This document shows positions 43,091 through 51,843 of a stretch of 64,000 nt of DNA, piece after piece. Source of the stretch: Chitinophagales bacterium (GTDB lineage Bacteria > Bacteroidota > Bacteroidia > Chitinophagales > UBA10324); the NCBI GenBank assembly GCA_013816805.1, contig JACDDS010000019.1, positions 11,546-75,545 on the forward strand, in the 5' to 3' direction. Each line of letters opens with the position of its first letter. Within the stretch, counting starts at the first letter, position 1. The translations under genes and the position numbers were made by a program. Below the pieces are notes generated by a model. That model worked only from the letters and a program-made list of their open reading frames with translations. It did no database searches and was not told the DNA's origin.

Positions 43091-43201
43091 TCAATTATGA
43101 GAGGCGTCATACACAGCGTACTTTTATATCGGTTATGGTCTTCTCCTGATCGCTAAAGGGATGATTGATTAACTTTAAATTGTAAACTAAAATTAAACCT
43201 C

Positions 43202-44986
43202 ATGAAAAAAATTATGACACATTACATTCCCGGACTCTTCTTTCTCCTGCTTATTTCTATGCAGACTGATATTTATGCCCAGTCAAATCTTAAAAAGTAC
43301 AACACAATTAACGTAAAGCAACCTGATCGTATGAGCTTAACCAGAGGCTCGACTACCGGGATTGCAGCAGATTTGCTTCCAGACACCGATAATAAACTTA
43401 ACATAGGGTCGCCGTCGCTTCAATGGAAAAATATTTATTTGAGCGGATCACTTTTCCTGGATGGAGCAAATTTTTTGGACAATAAAGGCGGAGAAAACTT
43501 ATTTGTAGGAAATACCGGTAATACAGCAAATACGGCGAGCTCCTGTACGTTTGTTGGATACCACGCGGGTAATTCTAACACCAACGGAGAGTATAATGTG
43601 TTTGTAGGTCATCTTGCAGGCTCAGACAATACGGAAGGGCACCATAATACGTTCGTAGGTGAATCGGCTGGACAGGTATGCAAGCTGGCTTATTATGATA
43701 CTTTTATCGGCAACCAGGCAGGAGCTTTGAATGATTCGGGCTCCTCTGATGTATTTGTTGGCCAGACAGCGGGTTTCCATAATGTACATGGCAGCTACAA
43801 TACCTTTATAGGAAAAGCCTCAGGATACTCTAATAAGGATGGTTTTGATAATTCTTTTCTGGGTAAAAATGCAGGCCACGAAAATGTCAATGGCTTCCAG
43901 AATACTTATTTAGGACGGGCTGCTGGTTATTCAGGTACCGGAAGTAATAATACTATGGTAGGTGCCTATGCCGGGTATCAGCAGATCGGGTCGTTTAATG
44001 TATTTATTGGTGAATCCTCCTCTTACCGCTGGATTTCAGGAAATAAGAATACGATAATAGGTGATTCAGCAGGAATTAAAACCACAAAGGGTAACAGCAA
44101 CATATACATCGGCTTCCGTACCGATGGAAGCGATAATTTATCTAATGCTATCGCAATAGGTGCTCAGTTTAAAATAACAGGCAGTAATACTGTAGTGATC
44201 GGAAATTCTTCCTTTACTAAGGTCGGCTTCGGCGTAAATCCATCACAAAATAATATCATGCAATTTGTAAATACCAGTGCCTCTCTTACAACGGGCGGGG
44301 TTTGGTCAAATGCATCTGACAGAAAATTGAAAGATAATTTTGAGAAGCTGGATTCAAAAGATATTTTAAGCCGGGTAAAAATGCTGGATATACAGAGATG
44401 GAATTATAAGGTAGAAAACCAATCCATTAAACACATTGGCCCTGTAGCCCAGGATTTTAATAAATTATTTGGTGTAGGAAATGATACCACTATATCCACT
44501 ATTGATCCGGCGGGTGTAGCCCTGGTTAGTATTAAAGCGCTGATTTCTGACAATGAGGATCTCAGAAGTAAAAATGAAGAATTGACTCAGCAGTATGCAA
44601 CACAGCAATTACAGCTTGATGATGTGCAGAAACAGCTCAGTGATATTAAAGCTGCTTTGTCTCAATGCTGCGTTAATTATAATCCAAATATTGGTTCCGA
44701 CGGAGAAAAAGTGAATAATACAATTGAAAAGGTTTCATTGATTCAAAACTCACCAAATCCATTTTCCAATGAAACAACCATTCAATACACTATTCCTCAA
44801 AGTTTTGTAAATGCAGAAATTCGTATTGCATCTGAAAATGGTGATGTTATAAAGGTATTTACTTTATACAACCAGGCCGGTTTTCTTACCTTAAAGGCTG
44901 TAGATTTTACGGCGGGCACGTACCACTATTCTCTGTTTACAGATGGAAAAGAATTGGAATCAAAAGTCATGGTTATTAGCCGATAG
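43202..44986 (+). CDS. tail-fibre-like protein: beta-helix repeats + endosialidase-chaperone (Peptidase_S74-like) domain + T9SS C-terminal sorting domain
   Basis: Signal peptide. About 12 N.F.G..AG..N..G repeats. SDRKLKDNFEKLD...DIQRWNYK...HIGPVAQDF is the intramolecular chaperone motif set. A coiled coil follows, and the C-terminal NSPNPFSNETTIQYTIP is T9SS type-A CTD-like. Confidence 0.8.
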   Translation: MKKIMTHYIPGLFFLLLISMQTDIYAQSNLKKYNTINVKQPDRMSLTRGSTTGIAADLLPDTDNKLNIGSPSLQWKNIYLSGSLFLDGANFLDNKGGENLFVGNTGNTANTASSCTFVGYHAGNSNTNGEYNVFVGHLAGSDNTEGHHNTFVGESAGQVCKLAYYDTFIGNQAGALNDSGSSDVFVGQTAGFHNVHGSYNTFIGKASGYSNKDGFDNSFLGKNAGHENVNGFQNTYLGRAAGYSGTGSNNTMVGAYAGYQQIGSFNVFIGESSSYRWISGNKNTIIGDSAGIKTTKGNSNIYIGFRTDGSDNLSNAIAIGAQFKITGSNTVVIGNSSFTKVGFGVNPSQNNIMQFVNTSASLTTGGVWSNASDRKLKDNFEKLDSKDILSRVKMLDIQRWNYKVENQSIKHIGPVAQDFNKLFGVGNDTTISTIDPAGVALVSIKALISDNEDLRSKNEELTQQYATQQLQLDDVQKQLSDIKAALSQCCVNYNPNIGSDGEKVNNTIEKVSLIQNSPNPFSNETTIQYTIPQSFVNAEIRIASENGDVIKVFTLYNQAGFLTLKAVDFTAGTYHYSLFTDGKELESKVMVISR

Positions 44987-45000
44987 TTCGAAAATTTAAT

Positions 45001-45036
45001 AAACCGGGTCCGTTAGCGATCCGGTTTTCTTTTTTA
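45001..45036 (+). terminator. rho-independent terminator
   Basis: AAACCGG-(13 nt)-CCGGTTT followed by TCTTTTTT, located 15 nt after the stop at 44986. Confidence 0.65.
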
Positions 45037-45205
45037 ATCCTATAAAGGAGGTCACCAATAACAACTTTAAAACAGAATATAGTGTTGGCTTCACTTCATT
45101 TGCAATGACTACTTGTGAGACAGTTCTCTATTGCGGGAGACAAAAAGATAAAGGATCCGGGTAATTAATTATAAACTTCACTTTGGGGGTTCCAGTGAGT
45201 AATCC

Positions 45206-45583
45206 TTAAACGTTTTGGGGAGTGGGTTCGGTAGTAATAACTCTTCTTTCTTTTATGCGTGCTTTTTTGCCTTTCAGATCCCGGATATAAAAAATTCTTG
45301 CCCTGCGAACCTTGCCACGCTTGTTCACTTCAATATTATCTATACTGGGCGAAAAAAAAGGAAATATTCGTTCTACACCTATGCCATTGGAAATCTTGCG
45401 AACCGTAAAAGTCTGTGTTGTGCCCATCCCTTTTCTCTGAATTACTTCCCCGCGGTATGCTTGTATGCGCTCTTTACTCCCTTCAATAATTTTATAGTAT
45501 ACAGTAACATTATCACCTGCCTTAAAATCGGGAAGTTCCTTTTTCTTGGTCACCTGCTGGTGAAAGTATTTAATAGCGTCCAT
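45206..45583 (-). CDS. rplS: 50S ribosomal protein L19
   Basis: 125 aa. [29 protein letters not shown] and [11 protein letters not shown] are typical of L19. Confidence 0.95.
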   Translation of the reverse strand: MDAIKYFHQQVTKKKELPDFKAGDNVTVYYKIIEGSKERIQAYRGEVIQRKGMGTTQTFTVRKISNGIGVERIFPFFSPSIDNIEVNKRGKVRRARIFYIRDLKGKKARIKERRVITTEPTPQNV

Positions 45584-45700
45584 GGCTTTTGGGATTAAAA
45601 AGAGTTGGCAAAGATAAACGATTTAAACAAATATGGATAACCGTCTTCCAAAAATACTTTCAAGTAATACGGCGTTATTACCTTATCCGGATCCCGATGA

Positions 45701-46645
45701 TCAGCTTTCCTTTTCACCCCTGCCACTTTTGATTATACGGTTTTCTTCTTTTAGTTTTTTCATAAGAGAATCTAATATTCCGTTGATGAATTCACCACTC
45801 TTGGGTGTGCTGTAGAGTTTGGCTAATTCAATATATTCATTAATGGAAACTTTAACCGGGATACTTGGAAAATATATCATTTCAATTACCGTCATTTTCA
45901 TTAACAGCAGATCCAGCATAGCAAGCCGCTCTTTATCCCAATTTTCGAGAAAAGGCGTAATTATTTGCTCAGCTTCCTCTTCATTATAAATGGTTTTTTT
46001 TAAAAGATCAATAGCATATTCCTTTACTTCTTTCATATCCTTAACCCGGTTAGTAATAAATGAGCTTTGACCCGGGGCTATTGTTTCGATAGTATTAATA
46101 ACGGAATGATAAATGGCTTCCCGATCATCAAGCCACCCCGTGAATACATCTTCAATATGCTGTTGAAACATTTCATTTGGATATAATATCTTTTTATATA
46201 TAAAATAAATGATCTCTTTATCCTCGGGCATTAAAGGATTTTGTTTAAGTGAATATTCAGAATATTCCTTTGTCTTTTTTAATAACTGGAAGAATTGACG
46301 GAAATAATCTTCATCAGCCCGTAAGTCCATCTTCTCACGTTTTATCTCTTGATATAAACTTTCCCTTTCTACTATATGCTGAATTATTATGTTGTCAAAA
46401 ACCTGGGAGCTTAAAAAAGATTTGTCCTCCTGCTGGATAAATTTTGCGGCCTGAATCTGGTTATCCCTGATTACATATTCCGCAGTCTTTGACAACAGGT
46501 AGAGATTGTAAAGAAAGCAGCGGTAAAATGCATTAATACTTTCCAGCGTGGTCTTCTCGAGTCGTTCAATGGTCTTTTCCTTATCATGCTCCCGCGAGTA
46601 TAATGTTTGCATCACTTTTATTCGTACGTTTCTTCTGGAGAGCAT
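45701..46645 (-). CDS. nusB: transcription antitermination factor NusB (long Bacteroidota form)
   Basis: The C-terminal ~130 aa carry the NusB signatures (INEYIELAKLYSTPKSGEFINGILDS), preceded by a long N-terminal extension. Confidence 0.8.
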   Translation of the reverse strand: MLSRRNVRIKVMQTLYSREHDKEKTIERLEKTTLESINAFYRCFLYNLYLLSKTAEYVIRDNQIQAAKFIQQEDKSFLSSQVFDNIIIQHIVERESLYQEIKREKMDLRADEDYFRQFFQLLKKTKEYSEYSLKQNPLMPEDKEIIYFIYKKILYPNEMFQQHIEDVFTGWLDDREAIYHSVINTIETIAPGQSSFITNRVKDMKEVKEYAIDLLKKTIYNEEEAEQIITPFLENWDKERLAMLDLLLMKMTVIEMIYFPSIPVKVSINEYIELAKLYSTPKSGEFINGILDSLMKKLKEENRIIKSGRGEKES

Positions 46646-46747
46646 TACAGTACTGTTATTTTAATTGAAGCAAATAGGCAGCAGTTATGTTGGATGGGAT
46701 AAATGTAAATTCTGCGCTTCAATAATATATGTGGACAGACCATCAGC

Positions 46748-47854
46748 TTATTTTCTCGAATTTAAAACAGCAATATTTCGCAAACGCTCTTCAGCCATTT
46801 CGTTAGCAGCCTTATAAGTGGGAAGGTTTTTTTCTTTAGCAATTTTGAAAACCGTAAGTGTACGGTTATAAATTCGTTCGCACTCCGCTTTCACACGATT
46901 TTCATTGTAGGTTTCCAGCTCCATTCCCACATTTACCAGTCCTCCTGCATTTATGAGAAAATCCGGCGCAAATAGAATTCCCTTATCCAAAAGCATTTGA
47001 CCATGCACTTCCTCGCTTGCAAGCTGATTATTTGCAGCTCCGGCAATAATGGAGCATTTTAATCTACCAATAGTGTCATCATTAATAGTTGCGCCCAGAG
47101 CACAAGGTGCATAAATATCAGCGTCTACATTATAAACCTCTTCAGGCGGCACTACAGTTACACGGTGGGCATTGCTGATAGCTGCTAAACGGTCTTCAAA
47201 AATATCGGTAATGTAAATAATGGATCCCTCCTTTTCAAGAAGCGCAACCAGGTGTTCTCCAACATGACCTACTCCCTGCACTACTACCTTTTTTCCCTGT
47301 AAGCTATCATTCCCGTAAACTTCCTTTGCTGATGCCTTCATTCCCAAATACACACCATATGCTGTAAATGGCGAAGGATCCCCGCCACCTCCCATATATT
47401 CCGGCAGTCCGGTAACAAAGCTGGTTTCACGTGCAATATATTCCATGTCCGAAGAGGAAGTTCCTACGTCTTCCGCCGTAATATATTTTCCATTCAAGCT
47501 CTCGACAAACTTACCATAACGCCTTAGCAAAGTCTCTGTTTTATCTTTTCGCGGATCGCCAATAATCACTGCTTTACCCCCGCCCAGGTGAAGGCCGGTT
47601 ATAGCAGCTTTATAAGTCATACCACGGGAAAGGCGCAATGCATCTTTAAGGGCAGCATGATCATTTGAATAGTTCCAGAATCGGGTACCGCCAAGCGACG
47701 GACCGAGAATGGTATTGTGAATGGCAATGATAGATTTTAAACCAGTCGCTTTATCATAGCAGAAAACAACCTGTTCGTGTTCCATGGGCGCCAATTGCTC
47801 GAATACAGAGGCATTGTTAATATCAGCCGGTGCTGGTGTTAAAACAGACATCAC
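46748..47854 (-). CDS. Glu/Leu/Phe/Val dehydrogenase family (leucine dehydrogenase-like)
   Basis: Catalytic-lysine glycine motif LGGGKAVI and Rossmann motif VQGVGHVG. Confidence 0.85.
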   Translation of the reverse strand: MMSVLTPAPADINNASVFEQLAPMEHEQVVFCYDKATGLKSIIAIHNTILGPSLGGTRFWNYSNDHAALKDALRLSRGMTYKAAITGLHLGGGKAVIIGDPRKDKTETLLRRYGKFVESLNGKYITAEDVGTSSSDMEYIARETSFVTGLPEYMGGGGDPSPFTAYGVYLGMKASAKEVYGNDSLQGKKVVVQGVGHVGEHLVALLEKEGSIIYITDIFEDRLAAISNAHRVTVVPPEEVYNVDADIYAPCALGATINDDTIGRLKCSIIAGAANNQLASEEVHGQMLLDKGILFAPDFLINAGGLVNVGMELETYNENRVKAECERIYNRTLTVFKIAKEKNLPTYKAANEMAEERLRNIAVLNSRK

Positions 47855-48023
47855 TTTTAGGTTTTTAAAGTAAAAGGTTATTGATTTATCAATGAGAAGT
47901 TAACTGAAACACTGATAATACAATCTATTAGTTTGCAATGAATCATGTAGGTTTGCAGCTAAAGACATCAAAGGTAAATTTATTTTTTTGAGAGGAGAAT
48001 GAGGGAAAATTGAAACATCGCGG

Positions 48024-49820
48024 ATGAAGTATTTAAAATCTCTTAATCACTATTTATATAAGTATCGCAGCCGGCTCTTGTCCGGAATTATTTTCATTGC
48101 CTTATCCAATATTTTTGGAGTTTATTCACCGCAGGTAGTCAGGCACGCAGTGGATATGGTCCTGAATGAGATATCGTACCACCAGTTTTATGCGGGATCT
48201 GCACTTGAAGGAAATTTTCTCAAGCAATTCAGCGTGTCTATTTTCTTTTTTGGACTGATTGTAGTTCTGCTTGCTATCCTTCGCGGCATCTTTTTATTCT
48301 TCATGCGCCAAACAATAATTGTTATGTCGCGGTTAATTGAATACGATCAAAAGAATGAAGTTTTCGATCATTATCAGCGATTACATCTGGACTTCTATAA
48401 GCGCAATAATACCGGTGATCTTATGTCGCGCATCACTGAAGATGTATCACGTGTGCGCATGTATACAGGCCCTGCTATAATGTACACCATTAATCTGGCG
48501 GTTCTTTTTATAATGGTAATTTTTACTATGATCCGGGTGAATCCTGAACTTACTCTTTATACCGTGGCCCCGCTTCCTCTGCTTGGCATTTCAATTTTTT
48601 ATGTCAATGGCATCATTGAACGGAAAAGTGAATCTATTCAGCGGCAACTCTCTTTTCTAACTACCATTTCTCAGGAGTCGTTTTCAGGCATTCGTGTTAT
48701 AAAATCTTACGTGCAGGAAAAATTCATGAGCAGATATTTTAATGAGGAATGCGAGCAATACAAATCAAAGACGCTGGACCTGGCGCGCGTAGAGGCAATT
48801 TATTTTCCACTCATTTTTATGCTTGTTGGGTTGAGTACCATATTAACAATCTTTATTGGCGGAATTGAGGTAATTGAAGGGAAAATTACGCCTGGTAATA
48901 TTGCAGAATTTGTTATCTACATTAACATGTTGACCTGGCCTATTGCCTCGGTCGGCTGGGTAATGGCACTTGTACAGCGTGCGGCTGCATCTCAGAAGAG
49001 GATTGAAGAATTCTTAAATGTAAAGCCGGAGATCTTTTCTGAAAGCACTAATGAAGAGAACATAGCAGGCACTGTAGAATTCAGGAATGTCTCTTTTACT
49101 TATCCTAACACAGGAATAAAGGCATTAAAGAATATATCTTTCAAAATCAGGAAGGGCAACAGGATTGCTGTAATCGGCAGAACAGGCTCGGGAAAGTCCA
49201 CTTTAGGTCAATTGCTGGTTCGCATGTACGATGCGAATGATGGAAATGTATTAATTGATGGGAATGATATTCGAAGCATGAATTTATATTCACTGCGGAA
49301 ACAGGTTGGATACGTACCGCAGGATGTCTTCCTTTTTTCCGATACAGTTTATAATAACATTGGTTTCGGACTTGAACAGGATCTGATAACGAAAGAGGAA
49401 ATTGAACAAGCGGCCATCTATGCTTCCGTTAACGAGGATATAAGGCAATTGCCAAAACAATATGAAACCATTGTGGGGGAAAGAGGGGTAACGCTTTCCG
49501 GAGGTCAAAAGCAACGTATTTCCATTGCGCGTGCACTAATAAAAAACCCTAAAATTGTAATTTTCGATGACTGTCTTTCTGCCGTAGATGCAATAACTGA
49601 GAAAAACATTCTTGGCTATATGAATGAGTATCTGAAAGACCGCACGACTATAATCATTACGCACCGTATTTTCTCACTGTTTAATTTTGATAATATTATA
49701 GTGCTTGAGGATGGCGAAATTATTGAAGAGGGTACCCATGAGTCATTGCTGGAACGGCGAAATGCCTATTTCGAATTGTATGAAAAGCAGCAAATGGAGG
49801 AAAAAAACTACGCCGGTTAA
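48024..49820 (+). CDS. ABC transporter, fused permease/ATPase
   Basis: Six-TM domain, Walker A GRTGSGKST, signature LSGGQKQR, Walker B IVIFDDCLSAVD. Confidence 0.9.
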   Translation: MKYLKSLNHYLYKYRSRLLSGIIFIALSNIFGVYSPQVVRHAVDMVLNEISYHQFYAGSALEGNFLKQFSVSIFFFGLIVVLLAILRGIFLFFMRQTIIVMSRLIEYDQKNEVFDHYQRLHLDFYKRNNTGDLMSRITEDVSRVRMYTGPAIMYTINLAVLFIMVIFTMIRVNPELTLYTVAPLPLLGISIFYVNGIIERKSESIQRQLSFLTTISQESFSGIRVIKSYVQEKFMSRYFNEECEQYKSKTLDLARVEAIYFPLIFMLVGLSTILTIFIGGIEVIEGKITPGNIAEFVIYINMLTWPIASVGWVMALVQRAAASQKRIEEFLNVKPEIFSESTNEENIAGTVEFRNVSFTYPNTGIKALKNISFKIRKGNRIAVIGRTGSGKSTLGQLLVRMYDANDGNVLIDGNDIRSMNLYSLRKQVGYVPQDVFLFSDTVYNNIGFGLEQDLITKEEIEQAAIYASVNEDIRQLPKQYETIVGERGVTLSGGQKQRISIARALIKNPKIVIFDDCLSAVDAITEKNILGYMNEYLKDRTTIIITHRIFSLFNFDNIIVLEDGEIIEEGTHESLLERRNAYFELYEKQQMEEKNYAG

Positions 49821-49879
49821 ACATTTTGAATTTAGAAATGGAAAACAATATCTTTGCGAAGCCTAAATAATATAATACC

Positions 49880-50329
49880 GTGGATGATAAAAAAGGAAAT
49901 TACAAGTCGGAATCTGTTTATTCAAAAAAATTAAGAGCAGGGAAAAGAAGAACTTATTTCTTTGATGTTAAATCGACAAAGGCAAATGATTATTTCCTGA
50001 CCATTACTGAGAGTAAAAAGAGGCAGGATGATACTTATGAGCGGTTTAAGATTTTTTTATATAAAGAAGATTTCAATAAATTTCTTGAAAATCTAACGGA
50101 GACTATTGATCATATTAAGAAGGAGCTAATGCCACATTATGATTTTGACGAGTTCGCCCGTCGTCAGGAAGAATACGAAAGAAACCGGCAGGAAACCAAT
50201 GCTCAAAATGAATCGGCGCCAACCTCAAATCCTGTAGCTCCGGAAAGTGATGATTCCCCCGCTGATAAAATTACCGGGAATCCATCAGGTACAGATCGTC
50301 TTCCCAATGATGATGACCTGAAATGGTGA
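49880..50329 (+). CDS. PUR-alpha-like nucleic-acid-binding protein (DUF3276 family)
   Basis: LRAGKRRTYFFDVKSTKANDYFLTITESKK is the characteristic PUR repeat core. The tail is acidic and disordered. GTG start. Confidence 0.7.
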   Translation: MDDKKGNYKSESVYSKKLRAGKRRTYFFDVKSTKANDYFLTITESKKRQDDTYERFKIFLYKEDFNKFLENLTETIDHIKKELMPHYDFDEFARRQEEYERNRQETNAQNESAPTSNPVAPESDDSPADKITGNPSGTDRLPNDDDLKW

Positions 50330-50448
50330 TAAGCAAAAGGTAAGCGAATAATTACTGCTTATTCAGTTACGTCTTTAATGAAGCAGGAACAATTTCCATA
50401 CGCCTGTAACTTTTAGCCTTTTTACCGTTATTATCTTAAATACAATTC

Positions 50449-51231
50449 ATGAAGCGAGCTACGTATTTAAGGCACCTGATACTTCTTTTATTAATTGCTA
50501 GTCTGATTTCCTCGTGCGATAAAGTTGTTATTAACGGATCAGGCGCTGTTATAACGGAGTCAAGAAATGTAACCGGCTACAGTTATGTGAGTCTCGGTAT
50601 TGACGCTGTTCTCTATATTACCCAGGGAAGTTTGTATGATCTGAAGATAGAAGCTCAGCAGAATATATTGAATGAGATAGAAACTAACGTTACCGGCGAT
50701 CAGCTCAGCATTAATACCCATCAATGCATAAAAGATTATTCACCCATCCGGATATACGTTACCGTGCCTGATATAAAGGGCATGAAGGTTACCGGCACGG
50801 GAAGCCTTTATTCCACATCTATTATTAAAAGTGAATCCATGTCGATTACACTAACTGGAACCGGTTTCATATCTACACAGGACTCTATAATCACAAATAA
50901 CCTCGATATAAATCTCAGTGGTTCTGGTGAAATTAATTTTATAGGAAAAGCCACATCTACGGATGCTTCCATTTCCGGATCAGGTAATATTACGCTGTCA
51001 GGTGAAAGCCTTTCTTCTGATTTGTCAATCAGTGGTTCAGGAAATATTTATGCCTACGATTTCCCTGTAGATAAATGTAATGTAAAAATCACCGGATCTG
51101 GGAATGCGGAAGTCAATGTTTTTTCTTCACTTACCGGAAGTATCATTGGCAGCGGAAATATCTTTTATAAAGGAAATCCATTTGTGGATGTAAGCATTTC
51201 CGGTAGCGGCAATGCATTGCACGTTGATTAA
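50449..51231 (+). CDS. DUF2807 (head GIN domain) lipoprotein
   Basis: Lipobox LISSC and repeated (I/V).GSG.(I/A) beta-helix rungs (SGSGEINF, SGSGNITL, SGSGNIYA, TGSGNAEV, IGSGNIFY, SGSGNALH). Confidence 0.75.
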   Translation: MKRATYLRHLILLLLIASLISSCDKVVINGSGAVITESRNVTGYSYVSLGIDAVLYITQGSLYDLKIEAQQNILNEIETNVTGDQLSINTHQCIKDYSPIRIYVTVPDIKGMKVTGTGSLYSTSIIKSESMSITLTGTGFISTQDSIITNNLDINLSGSGEINFIGKATSTDASISGSGNITLSGESLSSDLSISGSGNIYAYDFPVDKCNVKITGSGNAEVNVFSSLTGSIIGSGNIFYKGNPFVDVSISGSGNALHVD

Positions 51232-51308
51232 TGTTTTCCATTCGGAAAAGCATGTATAACATCCGGAAATAATCCGACATTATTTTAAGATACCAAGAAA
51301 ACAGTGCA

Positions 51309-51836
51309 ATGGAAGAGCAGCAGCGAATAGAAGCAGCGCAACGGGATCCCCAGCAGTTCCGCTACTTCTACGATAAGCATTATAAAGAAATTTTTCTTTT
51401 TATATACCGCAGAACGGACGACGAAAACCTGACTGCAGATATAACATCCCAGGTATTTTTAAAAGCAATGCAAAGTATTGATCGATACATGTACCGTGGA
51501 ATTCCTTTTTCTGCGTGGCTATTCAGAATAGCAAGCAATGAAATAACTCAATATTTCAGGGATCAGCAAAAGGTTCGGATTGTAAGTCTTGAAAATGCAA
51601 ATGTTGATCAGCTGCTGGAAGAAGATAACTCTATACAATCTCAAAAGAGGGAATCACTATTTGCCTCGATAAAAAAGCTTCCGGCACTTGATTTGGAATT
51701 GATAGAAATGCGATTTTTTGAAAAACGCCCTTTCAAAGAAATTGGGGACATTAAAGGCATTACTGAAAATCATGCTAAAGTTAAAATACACCGCATTTTG
51801 GAACGTATCAGAAATTTAATAACTGTTGAAATATAG
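51309..51836 (+). CDS. ECF-type RNA polymerase sigma-70 factor
   Basis: 175 aa. Region 2 (FLFIYRRTDDENLTADITSQVFLKAM...FSAWLFRIASNE) and region 4 HTH (MRFFEKRPFKEIGDIKGITENHAKVKIHRILERIR). Confidence 0.85.
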   Translation: MEEQQRIEAAQRDPQQFRYFYDKHYKEIFLFIYRRTDDENLTADITSQVFLKAMQSIDRYMYRGIPFSAWLFRIASNEITQYFRDQQKVRIVSLENANVDQLLEEDNSIQSQKRESLFASIKKLPALDLELIEMRFFEKRPFKEIGDIKGITENHAKVKIHRILERIRNLITVEI

Positions 51837-51843
51837 CGCGGCT

